Below, piece after piece: positions 20,596 through 30,825 of a DNA stretch of 64,000 bases. Made by a program: the position numbers and the translations under genes. The DNA lies in the sequence record DRR723986_6582; one strand, written 5' to 3'. The stretch's first letter is position 1, and every line of letters begins with the position of its first letter. The notes beneath the pieces were generated by a model. That model made no database searches and was not told the DNA's origin. It was given only the letters and a program-made list of their open reading frames with translations.

Positions 20596-22629
20596 TTGAA
20601 CGACCACAACAATCCTTATTATCTCCAACCTGCCGAGCTCGACTGGCAAGACGGTGTTCCCTGCGCCAGCGACTTCGGTGATGTATATTTTTCCCGCGAT
20701 GATGGCAGCGCCGAAAGCCGCTATGTTTTTCTTGACGGCAACCAGCTGGCAGAACGCTGGAGAGCCCTAGATGCCAATAAACCCGGACGCTTTACCATCT
20801 GCGAAACCGGCTTTGGTACCGGTCTCAACTTTTTACTGGCCTGGCAATTATGGCAACAATGTGCGCCCGACTCTTGGACCCTGCACTATATTTCCTGCGA
20901 AAAGCACCCGCTGAACAGTGGCGACCTTGCCAAAGCCCATCAGCACTGGCCAAGCCTAGCGTCATTGGCGGCGATTCTACAGCACAATTATCCCCCTTTG
21001 ATACCTGGACACCATCGCCGTTCACTCAGTGAGAGAGGGCCGCACATAGACCTGCTGTTTGGCGACATTGCCGACACCCTGCCCGCATTGATTGACAGTA
21101 TTGGCGGTCACCCCAACTCGTTACCTCGCCCCGTTGACGCATGGTTTTTAGACGGCTTTGCCCCCTCTGCCAACCCGGGCATGTGGCAAGCGAGCCTTTT
21201 TGACGCCATGGCTCGCTTGAGCAAGCCCAATGCAAGCTTTGCGACCTTTACCGCTGCGGGCATCGTCAAACGTGGTCTGCGTGAACGCGGTTTTACCGTG
21301 ACCAAAACCAAGGGCTTTGGCCGCAAACGCGACATGCTTGTCGGACACTTTACTGCCGCGCAGCCCGACACCGAGCCCGCTTTGCCGCCGAGCCGCCTGC
21401 CGTGGCATCAGCCTGCCGCGACCGCAAGCGTGCACTCAGTGGTGGTGGTTGGTGCCGGTTTAGCTGGCTGCACCACCGCCCGCGCACTGGCAGAGCGAGG
21501 ACTCAGGGTCACCCTTATCGAGCGCCGCGCCAACCCTGCCGAGGAGGCATCCGGCAACCCCCAGGGTATGCTCTACACCAAATTATCGCCGGAACCCGGC
21601 TTGCTCAACGTGTTTACTCTGCACAGCTTCCTCTATGCGCTTCACCACTACCATCGTATTGCAAGCAATTCCGATGCCATTGATGGTGAGTTTTGTGGTG
21701 TTCTTCAACTCGCCAATTCGCCACGCGAGGCGGCGCTGTTTAAGCGCTTGCAGCAACAATTGGCCGAACACCACTGGCTGCAATTTGTGGATCGCGATCG
21801 GGCCTCTGCATTAAGCGGTATTGATATTCGCCAAGACGGTATCTTCTATCCCGCCGCGGGCTGGCTGTCGCCGCCGAGTGTTTGCAAAGAACGCATTGCT
21901 CACCCCAACATTGCGCTACTGACCAACAGTGAGGCACTGTCGCTGCTTGACCACGGAGACCACTGGCAGATCATTGGCAGCGGGCCACATCCAATTGCTG
22001 AGGGTGATGCCGTCGTTATTGCCAATAGCCACGACGCAACACAGTTTTCACAGAGCGCGTTCTTACCGCTGCGTAAAATTCGCGGTCAAATTAGTTATTT
22101 TCGACAGCAGGATGTTCAGACCTCACCCCGGTGCGTGGTGTGCCACAAAGGCTATGTCGCCCCTGAACATAAGCAACAACTCTGCATTGGCGCGAGCTTT
22201 GATCTTCACAACGCCAACAGTGAGGTAACGGCTGAGGACCACGCCTATAACCTCAACACACTCGCCGACCTTAGCCCGAAGCTGCTAAAGCCCGGCAGCG
22301 AAGCGATTGGCGGCCGCGCCGCGCTGCGCTGCGCCAGCCCGGATTACGCGCCTATTGTTGGCGCCCTGCCCGATATTGAAGCCTTCGACAATGATTACGC
22401 CGCGTTGCGCAAAGATGCTCGCCGCGCCATCGATCAGCCCGGGCGCTATGTGCGCAATTGCTATGTGAATGTCGCCCACGGCTCGCGGGGCCTTACGTCG
22501 ACCCCCATCGCCGCCGAACTGCTTGCTGCCTATCTATGCAATGAGAATCGGCCACTGCCCAAGCAGTTGTGCGAAAGTTTGTCGCCCGCGCGTTTTATCA
22601 TTCGTGACTTAATGCGCAGTAAACGCTAG
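20596..22629 (+). CDS. mnmC: bifunctional tRNA mnm5s2U34 biosynthesis protein MnmC
   Basis: FGDVYFS, ETGFGTGLNFL, DAWFLDGFAP, GFGRKRDML, GAGLAG, ASGNPQG, HGSRGL; probable TTG start at 20596. Confidence 0.95.
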   Translation: MNDHNNPYYLQPAELDWQDGVPCASDFGDVYFSRDDGSAESRYVFLDGNQLAERWRALDANKPGRFTICETGFGTGLNFLLAWQLWQQCAPDSWTLHYISCEKHPLNSGDLAKAHQHWPSLASLAAILQHNYPPLIPGHHRRSLSERGPHIDLLFGDIADTLPALIDSIGGHPNSLPRPVDAWFLDGFAPSANPGMWQASLFDAMARLSKPNASFATFTAAGIVKRGLRERGFTVTKTKGFGRKRDMLVGHFTAAQPDTEPALPPSRLPWHQPAATASVHSVVVVGAGLAGCTTARALAERGLRVTLIERRANPAEEASGNPQGMLYTKLSPEPGLLNVFTLHSFLYALHHYHRIASNSDAIDGEFCGVLQLANSPREAALFKRLQQQLAEHHWLQFVDRDRASALSGIDIRQDGIFYPAAGWLSPPSVCKERIAHPNIALLTNSEALSLLDHGDHWQIIGSGPHPIAEGDAVVIANSHDATQFSQSAFLPLRKIRGQISYFRQQDVQTSPRCVVCHKGYVAPEHKQQLCIGASFDLHNANSEVTAEDHAYNLNTLADLSPKLLKPGSEAIGGRAALRCASPDYAPIVGALPDIEAFDNDYAALRKDARRAIDQPGRYVRNCYVNVAHGSRGLTSTPIAAELLAAYLCNENRPLPKQLCESLSPARFIIRDLMRSKR

Positions 22630-22666
22630 GCTGCCCCCAAACTACCAACACATGATAGGAGCCTGC

Positions 22667-23167
22667 GTGAGCGACTACACTGCCCTGGAAAAACGTCTGC
22701 GCGAACTCGAGGATATTTCAGCAATTTCTGCACTGAAATACCGCTACCTAAATGCCTGTGATGCCAAGCAACCCGAGGAGGTTAGTAACTGCTTTGTTGC
22801 GGGAAAGATCGACATCGACTTCGGCCATATCGGGCGCTTTGACAGCCGTGAAGCCTTTGTAAACGTCTTTGAAGAACTTGGCTGCCATGCCCACATTATC
22901 GACATGCACCACGCCCAAAACCCCGTTATCCGCATCCTCTCGGAAGACCAGGCAACGGGGCACATCGGCCTGCGTTTTCTGAGCATCAACACCCAGGATA
23001 AAACGCGCATTCAGCTGTCAGGACACTACGATGATGAATACCAACGTGTCGATGGAGAGTGGAAGATATCAGCGAGCCGCTTCACCGTGGCGGCTGTTGA
23101 GATGATTGATTTCTCTGGTGATCACGCCCGCGTTACCTACACCGGAAGCACAATGCCCTCCTTATAG
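22667..23167 (+). CDS. SnoaL-like / NTF2-fold protein (BaiE/LinA-like)
   Basis: LED..AI..LKYRY...CD, HH, G.Y.DEY.RVDGEWKI pattern; GTG start with AGGAG RBS. Confidence 0.82.
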   Translation: MSDYTALEKRLRELEDISAISALKYRYLNACDAKQPEEVSNCFVAGKIDIDFGHIGRFDSREAFVNVFEELGCHAHIIDMHHAQNPVIRILSEDQATGHIGLRFLSINTQDKTRIQLSGHYDDEYQRVDGEWKISASRFTVAAVEMIDFSGDHARVTYTGSTMPSL

Positions 23168-23199
23168 GATGTTCGTCTTGGAGAACAAAGCCTAGCGGC

Positions 23200-23718
23200 T
23201 CATTTAACAAACCAAGCCGCGGATGGATCGCGAGACAACTCAGCCCCTTGGGCCGTACCGGCAAACATGGGGCCTGAAAAGTCACAACGGCTAGGGCGAC
23301 ATTCATTCCAGTCGGTGACAATTTCGCGGTGGCTGAACTGCCACCGGCCGTCACAGTGAATATAACGGTCCAAGTACCGCCCACCCACCAGCAGCTCTTC
23401 ATCGCCCGAGGCACCGGGGTAACGGTGGTAAGCCTGGCAATACACTTCGCCCTCGGCGCGATCGCCGTCAACCACAATCAGGTGATTCGTTACCGCGTGC
23501 ACCGTCAAAGTCATCTGGGATAATTGCTCTGGCAACCACTGAACATAATCACTCGCTGCGCCGCGGAACATGGCCCCGTGGTCTTCAGTGGCATCAGGGT
23601 GATAGAGCTCCGCCAATGCGGCGTAGTCTTTGCGGTCAATGGCCCGGCAGTAGCGCAGCACCAAGTCGCGAATGGCTTCCTTCGCTGACAAGTGCCAGAG
23701 AATATCGTCGTTGTTCAT
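23200..23718 (-). CDS. SnoaL-like / NTF2-fold protein
   Basis: AIRDLVLRYCRAIDR.D, H.VTNHLI.VDGD.A.GE.Y, GGRYLDRY...GRW.F..R. Confidence 0.85.
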   Translation of the reverse strand: MNNDDILWHLSAKEAIRDLVLRYCRAIDRKDYAALAELYHPDATEDHGAMFRGAASDYVQWLPEQLSQMTLTVHAVTNHLIVVDGDRAEGEVYCQAYHRYPGASGDEELLVGGRYLDRYIHCDGRWQFSHREIVTDWNECRPSRCDFSGPMFAGTAQGAELSRDPSAAWFVK

Positions 23719-23845
23719 CGCCCTGAGTGCCCTCCAAATCCTTGCTTAGCCACGGTGCCCGTCATCTGCACGTCAGTGGTGCGCGGCTACCAGCGAAATG
23801 GCATAGTAGGAGATTCTGCAAACACTGTGAATGCTGACAATAGTG

Positions 23846-24676
23846 ATGTACCGCTTACACACGCTTATCGCTCTTGTGGTCGTCGTACTGCCACTGCGCG
23901 CGGCTGCTAATACGCTTCCTTACGACGTTGTGGGGCACTACCCTCATTCAACAGCGCTCTTCACCCAGGGGCTGGAACTGTTTCACGGCCAGCTTTTTGA
24001 GAGCAGCGGTCTTTATGGCCACTCGAAAGTGATTGCACGCCCCTTTCCAGAAGGGAGTACTGCCCCAGAAGGGAGTACTGGCCCTGAAGAAAGCACTGAA
24101 ACCCTGCGGGGTGTCACCCTGGACAAATCGCTATTCGCAGAGGGCTTAACCTTCCACAGAGGCAGACTTTACCTGCTCACATGGCGCGCTGGCCAATTAC
24201 TGGAGATAGACCCCGAGCGGTTTGCGCTACTGCGCCGTCACGCATACAAGGGTCAGGGTTGGGGTATTTGCTATCACTCGCGCCGCGACTTATTTGCAAT
24301 GTCTGACGGCAGCGACGAAATACAATGGCGCCGAACCAGCGACTTTTCATTGGTGGACACCCTCACCATTACCGGAGCCGGTAACTATCAGCACCTCAAC
24401 GAATTGGAGTGCCATGGCGACTATATCCTCGCCAACCAATGGAAGCAGCCCTACCTCCTTGTCATTGATGCGCGCTCAGGCGAAGTCGTTTCACAACTAG
24501 ACTTGAGTGCACTCATTCCAGAGGGCCTCCATCAGGAAGCGGTGCTCAACGGTATCGCCTATGATGCCCGCGACGATACCTGGCTGGTGACGGGTAAACT
24601 CTGGCCCAAAATCTACCGAATTCGCTTTACGCTTCCAGTATTGGAGACGGCAAAAAGCGCCGCAAAAGCCGGCTAA
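23846..24676 (+). CDS. glutaminyl-peptide cyclotransferase (bacterial/plant type)
   Basis: YPH...FTQGL, ESSGLYG.S, FAEG, LTW, GWG, SDGS, LNELE, VLNGIA, VTGKLWP; signal peptide. Confidence 0.92.
   Translation: MYRLHTLIALVVVVLPLRAAANTLPYDVVGHYPHSTALFTQGLELFHGQLFESSGLYGHSKVIARPFPEGSTAPEGSTGPEESTETLRGVTLDKSLFAEGLTFHRGRLYLLTWRAGQLLEIDPERFALLRRHAYKGQGWGICYHSRRDLFAMSDGSDEIQWRRTSDFSLVDTLTITGAGNYQHLNELECHGDYILANQWKQPYLLVIDARSGEVVSQLDLSALIPEGLHQEAVLNGIAYDARDDTWLVTGKLWPKIYRIRFTLPVLETAKSAAKAG
24047..24100 (+). repeat. in-frame 18-bp tandem repeat (about 3 copies)
   Basis: CCAGAAGGGAGTACTGCC / CCAGAAGGGAGTACTGGC / CCTGAAGAAAGCACTGAA encoding PEGSTA PEGSTG PEESTE. Confidence 0.85.
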
Positions 24677-24722
24677 AAATGCTAGTCTCCCTGAAACGTT
24701 TAATCGCTCAAGACAGGATTCT

Positions 24723-27662
24723 ATGACTGCTACCCAACCACGTGCCGCCCACCCTGCTTTTGAATTGCTCAGCAGTAAATCAATCGACGCACTCGGCGTC
24801 ACCCTTTGCGAATACCGGCACATAGAAACCGGCGCCAGCCACTACCATATTGACGCTGACAATAAAGAAAATGTGTTCCTTGTGGCACTGCGCACCGTCC
24901 CTAACGATTCGAAGGGCGTCGCTCATATCCTGGAGCACACGGCGCTGTGTGGCAGCGAAAAATACCCGGTGCGCGACCCGTTTTTTATGATGATTCGTCG
25001 CTCGCTGAACAGTTTTATGAATGCGTTTACCAGTTCCGACTGGACAGCCTACCCCTTTGCCAGCAGCAACAGGAAAGACTTTGATAACCTGTTACAGGTG
25101 TATTTAGATGCCGTTTTCTTCTCACGCCTGCACCCCTTAGATTTCGCCCAAGAGGGTCATCGGTTAGAGTATAGCGAACGCGGCAATCCCGACTCAGCAC
25201 TTCAATTTAAAGGTGTGGTTTTCAATGAAATGAAGGGGGCCATGAGCTCGATACCAAGCAGGCTCTGGCACACGCTGTGTAAGTATTTATTTCCCACTGC
25301 CACCTATCACCACAACAGCGGCGGCGATCCGGAGGCCATTCCAGACCTCAGCTACGAGGAGCTAAAGGGCTTTTACGAAAGCCATTACCATCCCAGCAAC
25401 GCCATTTTTATGACCTACGGCGATATTTCTGCCGCCGAGCACCAAGCACGCTTTGAAGAATTGGCCCTCAAGCGCTTTACCGCCCTGGATAAGCACATTG
25501 CAGTGGCGGATGAAAAACGCTACCACGCCCCCATTCGCGTGCAAGAGTCCTACCCGCTGCCAGCGGCGGAGGACCCCAAGGGTAAGACCCATATCGTGTT
25601 GTCCTGGCTACTGGGCAATAGTACCGACCTTGATAGCCTGCTAGAGGCGCAACTTCTTGCCGGAATATTATTGGATAACAGCTCCAGCCCACTGCTGCAT
25701 GCGCTTGAAACCAGCGACCTGGGGAGCTCCCCCTCGCCGATGTGTGGTTTAGAGGACTCAATGCGTGAGATGGTGTTTGCCTGCGGACTGGAAGGCAGTG
25801 AGGTCGAGCACCGCGATGCCGTAGAGGCCCTGGTGCTCGACACCCTCCGCGGCTTGGTCAAGGAGGGTGTCGACACCGACCAAGTTGAATCGGTCCTTCA
25901 CCAGCTGGAGCTACAACAACGAGAGATCAGTGGCGACGGCTACCCCTATGGCCTGCAACTCATCTTGAATAGTTTGGGAGCGGCCACCCACCGCGGCAAC
26001 CCCGTTGATGTCTTGGACCTAGACCCAGCGCTTGCGCGCCTGCGTGAGAAAATCGCTGATGCGGATTATCTTCCCCGCTTGCTGCAGCAGCTAATTGATA
26101 ACCCTCATCGCGTCACCCTGGTTTTCAGTCCTGACCAACAGTATCAACAGCGCGCCGAAAACGCTGAACAACACCGATTAGCCACAATCCAAGCCTCGCT
26201 CAGCGACGCGGAGAAGCAGGCGATTATCGATCAGGCAGAAGCCTTGGCTGAGCGACAAACCCTGCAAGAAGACGAGAGCATCTTGCCCCGAGTAGGCTTG
26301 GCGGATGTCGCCCAAGACCTCCCCGAGCTGCCCTATACCGACGCGCATTTCGGCAATCTGCCCTACTGCTATTACAACCGTGGCACCAATGGTTTGATTT
26401 ACCAGCAGTTGTTAATCGAAATGCCGCATCTCAGCGATGACGAGCTCGGCTTACTCCCCCTCTACACCCAAACCGTCACCGAGCTGGGCCTGGGCGAGCG
26501 CAGCTATATAGAAGTACAAGCCCACCAAGCCGCGATCTGTGGCGGCATCTCGGCTTACACCAGTATGCGCGGCGGCATAAACGATGAACAGCAGCAGCAG
26601 GCGTACTTAGTACTGTCGTCGAAGGCCTTGCTACGTAATTGCCAGGCGCAAGCAACGCTCATGCGCGACACACTGGAGCAGGTACGCTTTGACGAACATG
26701 AACGAATCTACGATATGCTCGCCCACATGAAGGCGCGACGAGAGTCTTCAATCACCGGAAACGGGCACGCGCTGGCCATGGCAGCGGCCTCTTCGGGGAT
26801 GAGCCCCGTTGCAAGAATTAGCCAAAAGATGTCCGGTTTAGATGGCATTTTGCAGCTTCGACAGCTGAGCGATGCGGCTGAGACAGCGAGCGGCAAAGCA
26901 GCCTTGGCTGAGGGATTAGCGGCCATTCACCAGAAAGTGCTCTCTGCCAACCGGCAGCTGTTGGTCGTTGCTGAAGAACAGGGGTTCAATGCTCATCGCT
27001 CAGCGCTGGCATCGGTCTGGGATAATTTCCAGGGCGATGGCAACGCGCTATTGCACACCGACAGCTGCCGTGAAGCACGTCGTGAATTTTGGTCTGCTAA
27101 CTCCCAGGTCAACTTCTGCGCCAGCGCCTACCCCACCGTTCCCTCGGGCCATCCGGACGCCGCGATATTGAGCGTGCTGGCAGTGTATCTTCGCAACGGC
27201 ATCTTGCATCGCAGCATTCGCGAACAGGGCGGCGCCTATGGCGGCGGCGCATCGCAAGACTCCAATATTGCGGCCTTCCGCTTTTATTCCTACCGCGACC
27301 CACGCTTGCAAGAAACGCTAAACGATTTCAGCCAAGCCATTGACTGGATGCTGGACACACCCGTTAGCAGCGACGCCCTGGAGCAAGCGATACTGGGCGT
27401 TGTCAGCAATATCGACAAACCCGGCTCGCCCGCCGGCGAGGCAAAGCAGGATTTTCACAGCCGTATTTTTGGCCGCAGCATTGATGACCGCCGCACATTC
27501 CGAAACCGCGTACTTGCGGTGACTGGCGACGATTTGCAGCGGGTGACCCGATTGTACCTCAAGGGCGTGGCGCCCAGCATTGCGGTAATCAGTAATAGCG
27601 CAACGGCCCAAAACCTTGACGACTGGCTGTCAGCGGAAGGCTTTGAGCAACGGCAACTCTAG
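24723..27662 (+). CDS. M16C insulinase-family metallopeptidase (PreP-like)
   Basis: GVAHILEH..LCGSEKYPVRDPF, NAFT, KGVVFNEMKG, IREQGGAYG, FYSYRDP; 979 aa. Confidence 0.93.
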   Translation: MTATQPRAAHPAFELLSSKSIDALGVTLCEYRHIETGASHYHIDADNKENVFLVALRTVPNDSKGVAHILEHTALCGSEKYPVRDPFFMMIRRSLNSFMNAFTSSDWTAYPFASSNRKDFDNLLQVYLDAVFFSRLHPLDFAQEGHRLEYSERGNPDSALQFKGVVFNEMKGAMSSIPSRLWHTLCKYLFPTATYHHNSGGDPEAIPDLSYEELKGFYESHYHPSNAIFMTYGDISAAEHQARFEELALKRFTALDKHIAVADEKRYHAPIRVQESYPLPAAEDPKGKTHIVLSWLLGNSTDLDSLLEAQLLAGILLDNSSSPLLHALETSDLGSSPSPMCGLEDSMREMVFACGLEGSEVEHRDAVEALVLDTLRGLVKEGVDTDQVESVLHQLELQQREISGDGYPYGLQLILNSLGAATHRGNPVDVLDLDPALARLREKIADADYLPRLLQQLIDNPHRVTLVFSPDQQYQQRAENAEQHRLATIQASLSDAEKQAIIDQAEALAERQTLQEDESILPRVGLADVAQDLPELPYTDAHFGNLPYCYYNRGTNGLIYQQLLIEMPHLSDDELGLLPLYTQTVTELGLGERSYIEVQAHQAAICGGISAYTSMRGGINDEQQQQAYLVLSSKALLRNCQAQATLMRDTLEQVRFDEHERIYDMLAHMKARRESSITGNGHALAMAAASSGMSPVARISQKMSGLDGILQLRQLSDAAETASGKAALAEGLAAIHQKVLSANRQLLVVAEEQGFNAHRSALASVWDNFQGDGNALLHTDSCREARREFWSANSQVNFCASAYPTVPSGHPDAAILSVLAVYLRNGILHRSIREQGGAYGGGASQDSNIAAFRFYSYRDPRLQETLNDFSQAIDWMLDTPVSSDALEQAILGVVSNIDKPGSPAGEAKQDFHSRIFGRSIDDRRTFRNRVLAVTGDDLQRVTRLYLKGVAPSIAVISNSATAQNLDDWLSAEGFEQRQL

Positions 27663-27689
27663 CGCCCGCGTACAGTGCCACCTATTCCA

Positions 27690-30287
27690 TCAGTGATGAA
27701 GGTGGCGCTGTATGCGCTGCTGCAGCTGCTGCGCATTGGGCTGCAGGCGTAAATTTTGTTTCGCGGCGCCCAGGTCATTGAGCTCGCTGTCGCTCAGCGC
27801 GCGCCCCGAGAATAACAGCGCATTCATGTAACCCTTTTGCGTTTCAAAGGAGTTATCAGTCAGCAGCAATAGCTCATCAATTATCGCCCAGCGTTCACCG
27901 ATATCTCCCCCCGCCTTGGCACCGATTAGCTCACCGTCGAGGTAGGCCTTGAAGCTACCGCCCTCGCCACCGGCGTAAAATACCAAGCCGAGTCGATGCC
28001 ATTTTCCGGGACGGAACTCGCCAAAGTACCCGGAACCGGCACTGGCGATACCCACTCCGCCACTGGCGCTGGATTCGAAGAATATGTCTGCGTCATCATC
28101 GTTATTAGGCGTAGTCTGCATAATGGCGCGCCAGAAGCCATCACTCGCCTCTGGCCATAAAATGTCCATAACGAGCGAGTAATCCGATAATTTTCCTTGC
28201 TCGGCGAGGTCGCCGTTGGCAGGGACGTTGGTCTGCAGTTTCAACCCCTGCTCGGGACTGTATGCATCAAATGCCATCACCACCGAGTCTCCATCCGCTA
28301 ATTCCGGCACACCAAAGTCTGCCGGCGGGCCGAATTGGGTATCCGCTTGTGTGGCAACGTTAAGGTAGCTAAGGCGCGAGGGCCCAGCGTCTTCTCGCAA
28401 GGGCTGCCCATCGCTATGGAATTGCCACGTTGTGGTAACGGTGTCTGGTTGACAGCGACTCAGGGTTTTATCGATATCCAGATACAGGCAGTCACTGCTG
28501 CGCTGGCGCGCATACGCATCCAGACTTGCCCAACTTTCTGACAGGTATGTTGCTGAACGGTCAGCTAAATTGGGGAAGAAAAGCGGCAAATTCCACGCGG
28601 CACTTTTATAGAGCACCAGTTTGATGGATTCTGACTCGGCTGGCTGCGACGAGACAAACACCCAACCTGGCTGCGCCGCACGCATCTCAGCCAGTTCGGC
28701 GGCGGACACACTAACTTCATAGAATGCCTTAAAACCTGGCGTATCTGCGGGCTGTCGCTCAACGGGTAGCGCGCGATGAAATTCGGTTGCGGTTACCGTC
28801 CCAGGCAGCCAGCGCTCGATAACCTGCGAGGGATCCAGCAACGCGGCATCGGCCCCGTGATGATATAGCGCCGCTTTGGCTGCCAGGGCGGTTAATTGTT
28901 GTGCGTTTGGCTGGTCTTCAGCCAAGGCGATTTCGACATGCGCATCGGGGCTGTATTTTTGCACAATGCCCTCAATAACCTGCTGTGTTGTCGCATCGGG
29001 CTCAGCAATATCACGCACCTGAATTTCGTCAACACTGGCGTCGAGAAGGCGTTTGTCCGACAGGCGGTAGCGAAGCGTCACGTCACTCAGACCATCGGCG
29101 AAAAAGTCTGGCTGGATCAGTATATTGCCCGACGGCAACTGCTCAAACTCGGTACCCAAATGGCTGTGTCCGCCAAGGGCGAGGTCGATCTCTGGATTGG
29201 CAAGTAGGATTTCACGATCCGCACTGGCGCCTAGGTGGCTGAGCATCACTAAAACATCCACGTGCTCCCGGTACTGGCTGACCACCCCCTCGGCAATATG
29301 CTGCAAGTGCCAATTCATTTTAAAGTCGGGGACGAAATCCGGAATCGGTGCCGTCTCAAGGGGCTCATCAAGCTCATTCCACGGCCCCGAGCTCATACCA
29401 AAGAAGCCGACCTTCAAGCAGCCTACCTGAAGTACTGCAAAGCCCTGCGCGCCGAAACTCTCTGCACTGCCGCCTCGGTATTCACTGTTACTGGCAATCA
29501 CCTGTGCGATTGGGTCCTGGGCGTGGTCGAGTAGCGTGTCCGCCCCCCAAGCAAAATCGTGATTGCCAATGACGCGTACATCAAACGCCATGGCCTTGGT
29601 GACCTCAACCGTCGCGGCTCCCGCCGATAACAACTCAGCGACGCTGCCCTTTTCAAAATCGTCTCCGCCGTTACTGAATACTGTATAGGGCTGCTCTTCA
29701 AGCGCCTGACGGTGGTAGGCCTTGATACGACTAAAAAGCTTTTCAGGGCCACCATAGCGTGCATGCAGGTCAGCTACGTGAATAAAGCGCAGCGATTGTT
29801 CCTCGGCTTGTGCTTCGCAGTTGCCGTTGACCACGCGCGCCACCTCGGGAGCCTCAGTGGGAACCAAGCGATATTCACCGAACTGGGTGATACTGGCTGT
29901 GACACCCGCCTCGCTCTGCACAGAGCTCAATAGCGGCCGCCACTGGCCATCGACATTTCTGGCCACGCTATAGCGCTGATTTTTGGGGTTTTCCGGCAGC
30001 GGTAAGAATAACCTAGCGGGCGTTAGCAGCTGTGTTTCCGTGGGCTGCAGCTCATACTGCGTTTGCTCCGCAGCGACGTTCACTTCTAAAGAAATAGACA
30101 GGGCTTGCGCTGCGCTGGTCGACGCCAGTTCTAAACGCGCGGTGTCATCGAAGGTTAGCACCGACGCTTCACCTGGAGCTACGCGATAGGAAGGCGCGTC
30201 GTCGCGACCGGAGCCGCCCCCACCACCTCCGCCGCAGGCAACAAGGGAAAAACATATAAACAGTGGGGTTAAGAAACCCTGTCGCAT
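27690..30287 (-). CDS. multidomain lipoprotein: 5'-nucleotidase-type metallophosphoesterase + LamG-like C-terminal domain
   Basis: Lipobox LVAC followed by a Gly run; DLH, GDD, GNHD, SH, GHSH metallophosphoesterase motifs; C-terminal WHRLGLV..AYLDG..LFSGRALS LamG-like pattern. Confidence 0.8.
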   Translation of the reverse strand: MRQGFLTPLFICFSLVACGGGGGGGSGRDDAPSYRVAPGEASVLTFDDTARLELASTSAAQALSISLEVNVAAEQTQYELQPTETQLLTPARLFLPLPENPKNQRYSVARNVDGQWRPLLSSVQSEAGVTASITQFGEYRLVPTEAPEVARVVNGNCEAQAEEQSLRFIHVADLHARYGGPEKLFSRIKAYHRQALEEQPYTVFSNGGDDFEKGSVAELLSAGAATVEVTKAMAFDVRVIGNHDFAWGADTLLDHAQDPIAQVIASNSEYRGGSAESFGAQGFAVLQVGCLKVGFFGMSSGPWNELDEPLETAPIPDFVPDFKMNWHLQHIAEGVVSQYREHVDVLVMLSHLGASADREILLANPEIDLALGGHSHLGTEFEQLPSGNILIQPDFFADGLSDVTLRYRLSDKRLLDASVDEIQVRDIAEPDATTQQVIEGIVQKYSPDAHVEIALAEDQPNAQQLTALAAKAALYHHGADAALLDPSQVIERWLPGTVTATEFHRALPVERQPADTPGFKAFYEVSVSAAELAEMRAAQPGWVFVSSQPAESESIKLVLYKSAAWNLPLFFPNLADRSATYLSESWASLDAYARQRSSDCLYLDIDKTLSRCQPDTVTTTWQFHSDGQPLREDAGPSRLSYLNVATQADTQFGPPADFGVPELADGDSVVMAFDAYSPEQGLKLQTNVPANGDLAEQGKLSDYSLVMDILWPEASDGFWRAIMQTTPNNDDDADIFFESSASGGVGIASAGSGYFGEFRPGKWHRLGLVFYAGGEGGSFKAYLDGELIGAKAGGDIGERWAIIDELLLLTDNSFETQKGYMNALLFSGRALSDSELNDLGAAKQNLRLQPNAQQLQQRIQRHLHH

Positions 30288-30402
30288 ACTCACAGCTCCA
30301 TTAATTTACTGCCCATTGCAGCTCGCTATCCTTGCAAATACTACGTGACCCAGCGTAGACGCTATCTAGGTACAAACCGTGATTTCAGCAACCACTATAG
30401 GC

Positions 30403-30825
30403 TCACTGCGCCGCAGAGACTCCGGTTTTTTCTTGGCCAGCTTTGCGCAGTCTTCGATACTCTGCCTGTTGGGAGGGCGTGAGCAAGCCGTAAAATTCCA
30501 TTTGCGTCTGGAGAATTGACCCCGTGTGGCGGGCCGCAACAGACCCCGCCCGCTGGCTCATTGCAGCAATGGTACTGCGCGTCATTTCCGGTAGCGGTTG
30601 TAGCTGCATATCTTGTCTAAGTGCGACGCTTTCTTTTTGTAACTCGGCTGCTTTTGCCGCATAGCGGACAATCAACTTATTAACCTGCTCGCGTTGCTGG
30701 CTAGTGAGCTCCAGCTTGTCCGCCAGGGCAGCGATGCTGGCACTGCTAAGCGCCTCTGCCGCTTGAGCCGGCATCACCAGCACCCATGTGCTGAAAAAAA
30801 GAATCGAGATAGAGCGAATCAACAT
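30403..30825 (-). CDS. Spy/CpxP-like periplasmic protein
   Basis: Signal peptide; two LTxxQ motifs (LELTSQQR, LLTPSQQ). Confidence 0.75.
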   Translation of the reverse strand: MLIRSISILFFSTWVLVMPAQAAEALSSASIAALADKLELTSQQREQVNKLIVRYAAKAAELQKESVALRQDMQLQPLPEMTRSTIAAMSQRAGSVAARHTGSILQTQMEFYGLLTPSQQAEYRRLRKAGQEKTGVSAAQ

